Assembly (NCBI RefSeq): GCF_006345805.1
Contig: NC_043004.1
Location: forward strand, 9,672,001-9,736,000
Reading direction: 5' to 3'
Source: Octopus sinensis
Taxonomy: Eukaryota
DNA: 64,000 bases
Part shown: positions 1 to 12,442 of the stretch, piece after piece
How positions within the stretch are numbered: position 1 is the stretch's first letter
How the letters are laid out: every line of letters begins with the position of its first letter
Notes under the pieces: generated by a model
The model's input: the letters and a program-made list of their open reading frames with translations, nothing else
Databases searched by the model: none
What the model was told of the DNA's origin: nothing
Made by a program: the position numbers and the translations under genes

Positions 1-124
1 TTCACCCAATTTTCTTCACAGGTTTTGGATCCGTCCAAGATGCAAGGTTATTGACGATCATATCTGGAGTATCATTGGCAATCACGGGGTTTCGGATTCA
101 ATCAATGGCTTCTGAGAGAATTTC

Positions 125-167
125 ATTGACGAAAACTGAAAGAAGCCTGTTGTTCATATGCATATAT

Positions 168-198
<31 letters not shown>

Positions 199-460
199 CG
201 TACGTGTCTTTGTAGTCGTGTCTGTACTGCCCCCCCCCCACACACACACACACTGCTTGAGAACCAGTGTTGGTTTGTTTATGTCTCCGTAAGTTAGCGG
301 TACAGTAAAAGAGGGTGATTGCATTTGTACCAGACTTACAAAAAAAAAAAAAAACCGAAAAAAAGTACAGGAGTGGATTTGTTCGAGTAAAACGTTTCAA
401 AGTGGTGCTCTAGCATGGCCGCAGTACAATAACTGAAAGAAGTAAAATAAGATAAAAGTA
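125..460 (+). mobile_element. SINE family 1 (tRNA-head, cephalopod-type), 3' portion, diverged
   Basis: GACGAAAACTGAAAGAAGCC, internal microsatellite and tail GTGGTGCTCTAGCATGGCCGCAGT..ACTGAAA match the fuller copies at 10313 and 54011. Confidence 0.8.
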
Positions 461-1215
461 TGTATGTATAGATTCAGAGAAAGAGAGAGAGAGGGGGGAA
501 TAGGACAAAATGAATATACAGAGGTATCATCGTATCATTCATTTTATTTCATTTTCTTCTTGAATTCCACCTGTCTTTCTTTCTTTCCTTCTTTCTTTCC
601 TTCTTTCCTTCCTTCCTTCCTTCTTTCTTTCCCAACAAATCCTTTCCTTAGCCTTTCATTCGTGTTTTACAATCTGTAAACATCTTCAGAAATAATCTGT
701 TGTGTTCAGGCCCAAATAAAAAGATGTCCCTTGTCCTTCAATTCATGAATATTGCCGGGGTTGTTAACGAAACCGTACAAAATTCTCTATTTACCACTGT
801 TATAATAACGAACATTTTGCAACAGAAAATTATGAAAGACGGGGGACAAAGTAATCCGTGGATTTTGATAGAAATATTGCAAGACCTTTCGTAGTCATGG
901 CAAATAACTAAAGAAGAAGAAAAAATGCTTGATTCTTCCGCTGTAAAACAAAAACCTATTTCTTTTTCATATCCTCTGCCAAGCTAAACATACCTATTGA
1001 ATCTGCATAGACAAACGTTGGTGCAAATCTTACAAATATACAATTCAGCCAAACTTTGTTAGTCTTGTGATAATGAATCTCTAAACTGTGCTGCTTCTTT
1101 CCGTTTTGCTGTTTGGTCCATAATGGCAGACATCACAAACTTTCTCCTTTTCACTCATATTCTACTGACAATTTGAAGAAGTTTTCGTTTTGTGCATCCG
1201 GTTAATTTTTGCCTC

Positions 1216-1331
1216 TCATACATACATACATACATACGTACGTACATACATACGTATATATATATATATATCATCATGGGTTTATGAATATTTATGTCTA
1301 TCTATCCATCTGTTTATCTGTCTGTTTATTA

Positions 1332-1391
<60 letters not shown>

Positions 1392-1496
1392 CTCTATCTA
1401 TATATGTATCTATCTATATACCTATCAATCAATCAATCAATCTATCTATCTATCTATCCATCTATCCCTCTATCTATCTATCTGTCTATCTATCTA

Positions 1497-1532
<36 letters not shown>

Positions 1533-1637
1533 CCTACCTACCTACCTACCTACCTACCTACCAACCTATCTATCTATCTATCTAACTACATACATACATA
1601 CATACATACATACATACATACATACATACTACATACA

Positions 1638-1668
<31 letters not shown>
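1216..1668. repeat. Compound tetranucleotide microsatellite (TACA)n/(TATC)n/(TACC)n
   Basis: Direct reading; explains ORFs 1190..1585 and 1209..1760. Confidence 0.95.
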
Positions 1669-1670
<2 letters not shown>

Positions 1671-2260
1671 GGCTGCCGTTACGCTTTCATTTCCTCTTTT
1701 CACTCGTTGTCTCATATTCATTGCATTATTTTTAAAGTATTCAAGACGAAAGAAGAATGAAATATAACACCGAATCTGAAGACATGGCTATGAGCGCGCA
1801 CGCACACATACAAAAGCACACACACACACACGCATACACACACATACATAAACATATGCCTACAAATACTCTCAAATACGTGTGTGTTTGTGGATATACG
1901 TATACAAATGTTTGTAAGTGTGTAAGAGCGTATGTGTGCATGTATGTTGGAGCAGCCTTATGGGAAGGTTGGCAACCTTGGTAGATGAAGAATTCTCTTT
2001 ACCCAATGATTCAATGTTCCATGGGGCCTTGGAGGAACTAGCACTAAGATACATACACACACACACATATATATATACTTGTGAGGCAGTCTACTCATAT
2101 ATATATATATATATATATATAATGATAATCATATACAGAATTATTAAATATAATTATTATATTTGTAAAATTCACCTTTTATTTCCGCGCTTGATAAAAC
2201 CATTAATGATTTTTACCCTTTATTATAATATATATATATACAAGAGATGCAGCACGAAGT

Positions 2261-2311
2261 TTTGTCAGCGAACAGGTCGCGGTCTCAAAGCGACGAAAAT
2301 ATTTTGACAAA
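2261..2311 (+). ncRNA. Putative variant minimal type-I hammerhead ribozyme (G3:C8-swapped core)
   Basis: TTTGTCA-GCGAACA-G-GTCGC-GGTCTCAAA-GCGAC-GAAA-ATAT-TT-TGACAAA: 7-bp stem I, 5-bp stem II, palindromic AATATT stem III. Core GCGAACA replaces CUGANGA. Confidence 0.5.
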
Positions 2312-3521
2312 TTAAATTTAAATGTTGAAGTGAATCTAACGGTTTTTGTGTGTTTCTTAAATGGCTTATAAACACCTTCCACGCTGCAATTGTTTTCGTT
2401 ACAGCACATGATCTTAGATCAAGTCACTCGCTATGCAAGTACATCTCCGTAATATATATATGAACGTATGCTGTCTCGGCGGTTGTTTTCACTTCCTTAT
2501 ATAAATACAGCTGACCTTTTGTGTGTTTGTATTTGATATATATCTACATTCCGTTCATTGAACTAAATTAACTTTCTTAAACAATTTCAATTACATTTTT
2601 TGCACATAATATGATAAATACAGTTCAACTTTAAAATATCAATTTTCGATAAAAATCTAGAACTAGAATATTCTGGTTTTGTATTTGGTTAGCATGATTC
2701 TCCTTCAGGTCTGCTTCGGAATTGAACTGTCTTGAAGTAGAGAGAGCATGTCATTGATGAAGTGCTGAATGGCAACGAAGGATCATTGACTGGCTGATTG
2801 ATTGGTTGGCAAACCTAGAAGATTGACCCCACGATTAATCAACCTAAATCAACACATCAGATTAAATGGTTAACCAATGTACTAATAATAAAGAAGTGAA
2901 ACAGAACCAGTGCGTGTGTTTATTATTAGCATAATCACACTCCGGTGAAACAACATCTAAAACTAGATTTAGATTGAATTTCCATGTAAGATTTTAAAAT
3001 ATTGAATTTTAAGATACGACTTAGTGAAACCAAGATTGTAAAGCAATGGCACTAGATATTATATTAGCCATCTTGGAAGGAAAATTGTGATTAGGAATTT
3101 GGACTAGACTGCCCTGATATTATCACTGAGTATTAAAAAGAGGTTTCCGGCTTCCGCTGATCCGGTTCTTTTACATCAAGATACAAAGTATCTCAACCCG
3201 ACATTGAGATTTCGACGAAACAAATTTAGCTCCAACTCCAATATTACTTTCGACTTTGTAAGTCTCCATTTAGGGACTATCGCTTGTAACATAAATATAT
3301 TGCCAAGATCCGAAACATCATGCCACGGGAGTGTGTTACCGATGTTATCTGCTGAACTCGCATCAACTTTCATTATAAAGATTTAATATGGGGTGAAATG
3401 CATCAGTCCTCGGTCGGTTGTCGTTACCGTATCGTCATTTGTAAAGATCTGCTCGACAGCGCCTCTAACCATGCATATTTGTTTCTATATAAATGGCACA
3501 AAAGACAGAATAATGAAGTCT

Positions 3522-3930
3522 GAGCTGGCAGAAACGTTAGCACGCCGGGCGAAATGCGTAGCCGTATTTCGTCTGCCATTACGTTCTGAGTTCAAATTCC
3601 GCCGATATCGACTTTGCCTTTCATCCTTTCGAGGTCGATTAAATAAGTACCAGTTACGCACTAGGGTCGAAATAATCGACTTAATACCTATGTCTGTCCT
3701 TGTTTGTCCTCTCTGTGTTCAGCCCCTTGTGAGTAGTAAAGAAATAGGTATTTCGTCTGTCGTTACGTTCTGAGTTGAAATTCCGCCGAGGTTGACTTTG
3801 CCTTTCATTCTTTCGGGGTCTATAAATAAAGTACCAGTTACGCACTGGGGTCGATGTAATCGACTTAATCCGTTTGTCTGTCCTTGTTTGTCCCCTCTGC
3901 GTTTAGCCCCTTGTGGGCAATAAAGAAACA
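3522..3930 (+). mobile_element. SINE family 2, two head-to-tail copies (3522-3746 near full length; 3747-3930 lacking the head)
   Basis: GAGCTGGCAGAAACGTTAGCAC head, GTTCAAATTCC B-box-like motif and core GCCTTTCATCCTTTCG.GGTCGAT; same core at 30018, 42170, 50676 and 62185. Confidence 0.85.
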
Positions 3931-4042
3931 GATATCCTATATCTGAAGATTATACAGGATGGTCAAGGTTGAGAGGATTTTGTGCAGAAATCTATCTCTT
4001 CAATGAGTTCAATGAGAGAAGACATGGGGTTAAACAGCAGCG

Positions 4043-4073
4043 ACTGCTACTACTACAACAACTACTACTACTG

Positions 4074-4114
<41 letters not shown>

Positions 4115-4741
4115 GCTACTACTACTACTACTACAACAACAACAACTACTACTACAACTGCTACAACAACTGCTACTACTACTACAACAACAAATACTAC
4201 TACTGCTACTACTACTACTATTACTACTACTACTGCTACTACAACAACTACTACTACTGCTACTGCTACTACTACTACTACTACTGCTGCTGCTAGTACT
4301 ACTACTACTACTGCTACTACTATTGCTACTACTACTACTACTACTACTACTGCTGCTACTACAACTACTGCTACTGCTACTACAACAACTACTACTACTG
4401 CTACTGCTACTACTACTGCTGCTACTACTACTGCTACTACAACAACAACTACTACTACTGCTACTACTACTACTGCTACTACTACTGCTACTACTACTGC
4501 TACTACTACTACTACTACTACTACAACAATTACTACTACTACTACTACCACTACCACCACCACTACTACTACTTCTACTGCTACTACTACTACCGCTACT
4601 ACTACAACTGCTACTACTACTACTGCTACTACTACTGCTACTACTACTACTACTCTACTACCACTACCACTACTACTACTGCTGCTACTACCACCACCAC
4701 CACCACTACCACCACTACTACTACTACTGCTACTACTACTT
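4043..4741. repeat. Long imperfect (CTA)n trinucleotide tract with CTG/CAA/CCA variants
   Basis: Direct reading; source of the poly-L/Y/V ORFs 3969..4748, 3982..4296 and 4030..4782. Confidence 0.95.
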
Positions 4742-6691
4742 ACACTGAGTTTGCTGCTGCTGCTGCATCTTAAAATCGACACCGCTAAAATATATCAGGG
4801 TCCAAATAAGTGCTAGGTGTTAAAACTGTAGGAATTAACGAAAACATGTTTCTCTCTCAGATAAAATACTCGGAACTTAACAAACCAATGAAGTTCTAAG
4901 TTTTGTTGCTAAACCTTGTGTTAGAATTAACAGCAAAATCTTTTTCAAATGAAGCCCGGATGCTTTAATGCTTTGCCAACGAAGTCCATTTTGTGTCATA
5001 TTTTTTTGGCCCCAACAAAATAATAAATGATATTATCAAATAGTGTAATGCTGCGTGGCCTTAATAAGACAGGATAGTCACGAGTTCCATTGTAGGTCTA
5101 CTAGAACTACAAGAAGGTCTACAACAACAATAACAGCAACAATATGAAGAATGATAACACTGATAACAATGAAGCGGCTGAAGGATTCTCGACCTGCTAG
5201 AATTAACAACCAAATCTCCTTCAAAGAATAACTTGACCATCGTTGATTCAATGACGAGGCCTCTACTTGACCATTCGACCTGCTGCAAATAGCTGCCAAA
5301 TTTCCTTTCAAACACACACCTCCATCTCAGCAAAGGATTCTGGATCCCTGTATGCAAGAAAAAATGACATGGTCACAGCTGGAGTGCCTTTGAATGCATG
5401 TCAACCAGTGAATATCTAGGTGTAATACAATAACAAACACGACTCCCTCTCCGTTTCCACAATGAGTTTAACTACTGAAGAACTTTTTGGTATTTGGGTG
5501 CCATGTGGGCTTAGGGGTCTATGGAGAGCATACTCAATCGTACATTGTGGGTCAACTTTGCCTGTGGTGATGCGCAAACATAACAAAGAGTAAGTATAAA
5601 GAATAAAAGACATCTCTGGAATGGTTGTATTATGGTTTTGTTCGAACAAGTCTGACCTGAACATAAACACTACCACCACCACCACCACCACCACTAAAAG
5701 CAGCCCACACATCTGGAATGTGTAAAAGTATCATTGGAGCTGTCAGATGGACAACTAGTTGGGACAAGTGAGGGCAGTCGAGTGTGAGTGCAGGTATGAA
5801 GGGCTGTCAAATTTGCTTTAGTCTTTATTATCAATTAATCAAGATAGGCGTGTAAAAGTGCCTTTTTTCCCGCTCGTTGAGTACTATTGCTACATTGCTG
5901 CGCTGACCTGATTTTCTATATCAAATAATGTTTTTTTCGGAGCTGAAAGATTTATGTGAAGTGCATCTCTGGAACGCTTTCGACATTAACACTTCGATCA
6001 TAAATAGTGATCCGGGGCTAACACTACTGCAGTATCAAAATCCTACGAATTTAGTATGCGTGACGGTAAAGAACTATCGTATTATCTTTATGATGATACC
6101 TCTATTCACAGGTTTCGGGTTGCCGTCATAAGCGGAGGAGGGAGACATTTGATCGCTTGGCATACAAAATATGGGATATAATCCAATTCCATGGATAGAC
6201 ACCAACTAAAGATTTCTGATATTGATAAGATGATATTTTATCTAACAACCCGTGTAATGTCAATAAAAACCAGCCTTGGAGCAATTAATATACATTGGTT
6301 ATTGTTTCAAGGGAAATGTTTGTGTTTTGCGCTTCTCATTTAATGTGTGTGTATGTGTATGTGTGCGCGTGGGTGAGTGTCCGTGTGTGCGTGTGTGTGT
6401 GTGTGCGTGCGTGTACGAGCACGCGCGAGTGTCTTTAATTTTTCAGTCACTCATTGATAGCCAACTTGCTCCGTCCTCCCTGCGGCTTTTTATCCGCAAG
6501 CTTATTCATAACGTTTCGATCAGTAAAAATATTTGTTTAGCAGGCGATTACACTGTGCCTGCCAAATTTACACTTTCTTACTACACACACACACACACTG
6601 AGATACACATACGCATATACACATACACACATATATATATATACATATATATATAATTATATAAATGTATATATATATATATGTGTGTATG

Positions 6692-6745
<54 letters not shown>

Positions 6746-7784
6746 TACACATATACATACATATATATAGATAACATTTACAAATATTTGTGTTTGTGTA
6801 TACATACATTAATATCAATACATGCATAAACACAGAGACAGACAGACAGACATATAGACAGAGACAAAGTGTAGAGGAGGAGGACGAGGAGGAGGAGGAA
6901 GAGGACGACGACGACACCGACGAAGAAGAAGAGTGGGGAAGATCGAAAAACCCGAAAGAGAGAACTGCATGCCTGCTTCCTAAGAATTTGATATTTATTA
7001 TAAAAAGAATTTTGGTTTATTATGATAGATTACTTCCATACTGCACGGGTGCACACACACATATACAAGCTTATTTACACCTATATACATACACCTTTGT
7101 ATAACGTAGAGTAGATGAAACCATAGCGACTGAAGAAGGGGTTTTTTCTTTGTGTTAATTGTCCTGTACTCCATTTTTTGTTGTTTTTAAAAAAATGTCC
7201 AGTTCCTTTGGTTTGTGTCTATGTTTTCGTTTCTCTTTGTGTTCGACGTCCCTTTGGTTTCCTGTACTCATATAGGCGTGTATATGTACATGTAGAGGTA
7301 GGTACGTACATATATGTTTATATATATGCATATGTTTTATTTCATTTATTAATATATATATATAGTCATAAATATCTTGTGCATAGGGTGGGATATTTGA
7401 AGATATGTATGCTCACATACACCTATTCACGAATACATACATAAAAATATGTATGTATAAGCATATATATGCAAATATAGATATATATGTGTGTGTGTGC
7501 GTGCGTGTGTGCGTGTGTGCGTGCGTGTGTGTATGTATGTTTATTTGTATATATGTATGTATGTATGCATGTATGTTTGTATGTATATTCGTATGTATGC
7601 ATATACAGACATTTGCATAAAGTGTTCACTCTCTCTCTCACACAGACGTGCGCGCATTGTTTTATACACTCATACACACACACACACGTGCGCGCGCGTA
7701 TACACGTACACATACGCATACACAAGCACACGCGCGCCAGCATATGACCAAAGCGAAAAAGAGAGAAAATGAAAAGCTGAAAGA

Positions 7785-7798
7785 AATCGAAGAAGAAA

Positions 7799-7839
<41 letters not shown>

Positions 7840-8051
7840 ACGAACGAACGAACGAACGAAAAAAAGAAAGAAAGAAAGAAAGAAAGAAATCGAAGAGGAA
7901 AGAAAGAAAGAAAGAAAGAACGAAAGAAAGAAATCGAAGAGGAAAGAACGAAAGAAAGAAATCGAAGAGGAAAGAACGAAAGAAAGAAATCGAAGAGGAA
8001 AGAAAGAAAGAAAGAAATGAAAGAGGAAAGAAAGAAAGAAATGGAAGAGGA

Positions 8052-8091
<40 letters not shown>

Positions 8092-8214
8092 AGAAAGAAA
8101 GAAAGAAATCGAAGAGGAAAGAAAGAAAGAAAGAGAAAGAAGGAAAGAAATCGAAGAGGAAAGAAAGAAAGAAAGAACGAAAGAAATCGAAGAAGAAAGA
8201 AAGAAAGAAAGAAA

Positions 8215-8288
<74 letters not shown>
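7785..8288. repeat. (GAAA)n tract with recurring AATCGAAGAGG variant unit
   Basis: Direct reading; source of ORFs 7423..8394, 7648..8313, 7662..8345 and 7670..8422. Confidence 0.95.
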
Positions 8289-8910
8289 CAGAAGCCAAAC
8301 GGCGTTGTTGTAATGGAATGGAGAGCAACTCTTGAGCGTGAGCAATGGCGGCGGAGATGGGAGTGTTCCTGGTGAACAATGCTAACAACAGCAACAGTCT
8401 GTGACACAGCTACAATAAGCATGTTTAGCTACAATGATTATATTTCTCCACCTTCTTTCTTTGATTCGGTCAACAACCTTAAAAGACCAACAACAGAAAC
8501 AGCAACAATGGCATACAGAAGCGAAATACATAAGATTCGCTCCCGTTTTTGTTGTTCGGTCAACAACCTTAACAACAGCAGCAACAACAACAATGACAGC
8601 GATAACATAAACAGCTGCTTTGACTGAGAGACGTAATTCAGTGAGAGGAACTTCTAGGAGGAGGCCCTGACCTGTCTAATTCCCTCAAATCATAACATAA
8701 CACCTTCTGTTTATTTGGGGGTTTTTTGGGGTTTTTTTTAATGGAAATAAAGGGACGAAGGTATTTGATATATGTGAAAAAGATATTAAGGGTTCATAGA
8801 TTGAACGTCTTTGATACAAGACCTTCTTGGTCAGCCTTGACCTGAAGCTGGACAACGACACAGGCGATGGCGATTATAACCACAGCAATAAGAATATTAA
8901 TGAAAATCTA

Positions 8911-9320
8911 TCTATATATATATATATATATATATAGCTGAAGTTGTCTGTGTATGGCAGGTTTGGTAGCCTTCAACTAACACTATCTCCTCCGAGACCC
9001 TGCGGCGCAAGTTGACCAAAATTGAGAGTATGATAGAAGAAGGCTTGCTCTTCCTTCCGTAGAAGATAAATTCAAATCGGACCATGTTAACACCAAAAAT
9101 TATTTACATCAAAAAGGTGCTTTTTTTTCTATGAAAATCCCTATTTTTTACGATTTTTGACTGCTGTGTTGCCATTTTTCGGTGTATTTCAACCAGAAAA
9201 ATGTTCACTTAAAGCTACATAATGCAAGCTACATAATGCAAAATGTTTGCTTTTCAAAAATTCCAATTCTAAAGGGTCGAAAAGAAAACAAACCCGAGCA
9301 ACGCTGGGCGATACTGCTAG
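8911..9320 (+). mobile_element. Complete short non-autonomous Helitron-type element
   Basis: A|TC start at 8910/8911 followed by (TA)n; subterminal hairpin CCCGAGCAACGCTGGG (9293-9308); CTAG|T end at 9317-9321; no TSD. Confidence 0.75.
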
Positions 9321-9840
9321 TTTATTCATAACAGGACATTGATTACTACAGGTATTGCAACGATATCGTCATCATCAGCAGCAGCAGCAGGGTGAGGAGC
9401 AACAGTAACAACAATGGCAGCAACATGATGTTATACTGAATAATAATCAGAAACAATTGCTAACTGTAGCAATATGAGCAACGAAAACCACCACTCTTAC
9501 TACTCTGATTACTTTCCCTACTTCAACGGCAGCAAGAAAGCCACCGCCACCACCACCACCAACAGCAACAACAACAAAAATAACAACTACTACTACTACT
9601 GTTGCGGTTGGATAAAACAAGGGACTGTGTCCGGCACTCTGCTACATTTATTGTATTTCATGTATGTGTACGTGTGTATATATATATGTACCTGTATGCA
9701 TGTATATACGTACATATATATGTGTGTGTGAGTGTGTGAGGGAGAGAGAGAGAGAGATCACATTTCGTTAGCTCTAAATACTAAATTCACTCCAGTATTC
9801 AAAACTGTTGGCTAATCTTAAAATTATATCTTTTATTCAA

Positions 9841-10008
9841 TTCTATATTTAAGAGATGAGGAATTATGTACATTATTTACATTTGACGAATATTTCTCCT
9901 CATCTTGTTTGTTGTTAACACAACGTTTCGGCTGATATACCTCCAGCTTTCATCGGGTGACTTGGGGAAATTTCGAACCTGGGTTCTCATTCCTAAGTTA
10001 TTTTTCGA
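9841..10008 (-). mobile_element. Short non-coding element with degenerate hammerhead motif (9915-9965), Penelope-pLTR-like
   Basis: Minus strand: GTCAC-CCGATGA-A-AGCTG-GAGGTATAT-CAGCC-GAAAC-GTT-GTGTT. U4 is C and the base pair closing stem II is broken. Confidence 0.55.
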
Positions 10009-10092
<84 letters not shown>

Positions 10093-10097
10093 TATTC

Positions 10098-10310
10098 AGT
10101 ACTTTTATTTTTATAACGTGCTTTCACTTCACTACCAAGCGCAGCTCTGTGTGCCTTGGGTATGTGCTGTGGTTTGCTGTGATGCTCTTATGGTTACTGT
10201 ATTGAAAGCGTTTTACATAGGTTGTGTGCAGTGCCTAGTAGTGCTATTTTCTGTATGTTTGTAAGTCCTGGTGTTTTTGTTATGCATTTGTCTGAATATT
10301 TTTTTATCAT
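10098..10310 (-). mobile_element. 3' end of R4/Dong-type non-LTR retrotransposon with (AAT)n tail (10010-10095)
   Basis: Minus-strand translation TNIQKIALLGTAHNLCKTLS* is the typical RLE-clade C-terminus, followed by a 3' UTR and (AAT)n. Confidence 0.7.
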
Positions 10311-10312
10311 AA

Positions 10313-10705
10313 GCGCAGGAGTGGCTGTGTGGTAAGTAGCTTGTTTACCAACCACATGGTTCCGGGTTCAGTCCCAATGCGTGGCACATTGGGCAAGTGT
10401 CTTCTACTATAGCCTCGGGCCGATCAAAGCCTTGTGAGTGGATTTGGTAGACGGAAACTGAAAGAAGCCCGTCGTATATATGTATATATATGCGTGTGTA
10501 TGTTTGTGTGTCTCTGTTTGTCCCCCTAGCATTGCTTGACAACCGATGCTGGTGTGTTTATGTCTCCGTTACTTAGCGGTTCGGCAAAAGAGACCGATAG
10601 AATAAGTACTGGGCTTACAAAAGAATAAGTCCCGGGGTCGAGTTGCTCGATTAAAGGCAGTGCTCCAGCATGGCCGCAGTCATATGACTGAAACAAGTAA
10701 ATAAG
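10313..10705 (+). mobile_element. SINE family 1, full length
   Basis: Head GGAGTGGCTGTGTGGTAAG..GGTTCAGTCCC (A/B-box-like), central CTTGGGCAAGTGTCTT, tail GTGCTCCAGCATGGCCGCAGTC..GACTGAAAC. Confidence 0.9.
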
Positions 10706-11619
10706 CAAGATTAATAAGCACTACTTTATAGAGTGCGCGGTCGGCGGTCGGCGGTCGACTGACAGCATTACACAGCGTCCACGGGTTTACAAGAGTCTGG
10801 TGTCATTGTACAGACTGGAATCATTTATCAATCTACGCTTGAACTAGGACTTCGGATTAAATGTAGGAATAGCTTTTAGAAAACATGTCTTATAAAATAC
10901 CAGCACCCCTGCTCACTGTCCAGAAATATCTTCATATATTACAACCTCATTGTATTCCTACAATCACCCACCACGGTATTCTAACTAAAGAGAACTACCT
11001 TATCCATCAGAAGCGAAAGAGCAAGTACTCTACACTGATCAAATGTTACCATGTGTATTCTATATTGTACATTATACTAGCATAAACATACACACACACT
11101 CATCCACCCACCCTACATCCATATATGTATGCGTGAGTTTTCCTGGCAAAGAGGAAACACACAAATAGTGCATGAAGTCAGACAAGTTAAGCACATCACT
11201 GAAAAAGAGAAGTATGAAACAAAAGAACAACAATGGAAGAATGTGTACAAGAAAAAATAACTATATCAAAGGGTTGACTCTAAAGGTTTTGGTCATACTC
11301 TTAAGAAAAGGTAAGAGGAAAAGAAAAAACTACCGAGTTTACGACTTCTGTTTACAAGTCAGACCAAGTATCAAAAGGAAGTTCGGAAGTGGGATAGCAG
11401 GAACAGAAGAGGAGACACGATCTTGGACAAAGTGGGCATAAAAGTGAAAGAGATGACGACACTGAGAGAATAAATGGGGAGAGACAGAAGCTAAAAAAGG
11501 GAAGGGAGAAGACGAAAAGAAAGCGGGAATAATTCTTCAAAGCAAGTTGGCATGGTACTCTCCCTTGATGGCATGGCCCTTTTAAAGATAAACACAATGT
11601 CTTCTGAAGCTCAAAAAAC

Positions 11620-12204
11620 TGAGGCCTTCACCTTCCTTGCAGTCTTGGGAGTTAGGTGGCCAGATGTCAAGGGTGATATGACCGAAGAAATTGTCTGACA
11701 GTCATGACTGGGTTCTCCTGCTTGTGTGGTATGGTGTAGAGTCCTATTTGCCAGACGTAGGGTTTTCCAGCACCCACCCTCTTGACCCAGGGCAGCACTA
11801 CCTTCTGTAGGCACTTGATATAGGACTCCGTGTTGAGTCTGAGGCTATGTGGGAAGATCAATGGAGGCGTAACGTCATCATCACTAGTAATCACTCCCAA
11901 AACCATGATGTAGACTGATGTTTGATTTTTATCGCTCTCGGTATTTGATCTCAGATTTGCACTGTCCTCCAACTGACACCCAAACACTCTAAAATGCTGG
12001 TATTGGAGCTTCCGGCACGAATGCCAAGAAGTACAGCATGTCGCTTCCAAATTTCTGGCAGAGTGAATTGCGTCATGGTGCTGGTTTTCTCACAGACGGC
12101 GTCCAACTGACCCTACTATACCGTGTAGTCGACAAAATAAACAAAACAATGCACGCGCGTGAATTCAAAAATATGGAATGGCGACAATTTAACCATCGCA
12201 CCCT

Positions 12205-12205
<1 letters not shown>
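11620..12205 (-). mobile_element. Decayed, internally deleted Tc1/mariner element (maT/DD37D-like transposase fragment)
   Basis: Minus-strand peptides VYIMVLGVITSDDDVTPPLIFPHSLRLNTESYIKCL..PYVWQ and HITLDIWPPNSQDC; terminus TA|CAGGGTGCGATGG at 12207-12193. Confidence 0.75.
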
Positions 12206-12241
<36 letters not shown>

Positions 12242-12312
12242 TATAGATATAGCTCAAGATATAGATATATGTATAATGCATGTATGTCTGTATGTATATA
12301 TGTGTGTGTACG

Positions 12313-12364
<52 letters not shown>

Positions 12365-12404
12365 CGTATGTATGTATATATGTGTGTGTGTACGTATGTA
12401 TATA

Positions 12405-12442
<38 letters not shown>

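Noticed and set aside
660-697. Minus-strand CTGAAGA followed by a hairpin
   Set aside because: Followed by CGAAT rather than GAAA, and no stem I partner.
2750-2800. TTGATGA-AGTGC..GCAAC-GAAG
   Set aside because: Stem II pairs poorly and GAAA is absent.
3969-4782. Long poly-L/poly-V/poly-Y ORFs
   Set aside because: Translations of a (CTA)n microsatellite.
6013-6180. Short open frame ..YEFSMRDGKELSYYLYDDTSIHRFRVAVISGGG..
   Set aside because: No convincing splice sites and no recognisable family.
7085-7270. Repeat-like segment with CTGAAGAAGGGG
   Set aside because: No closing stem II or GAAA; at most a truncated relic.
7423-8422. Four ORFs over 200 aa (K/E/R-rich or F/L/S-rich)
   Set aside because: Translations of (GAAA)n.
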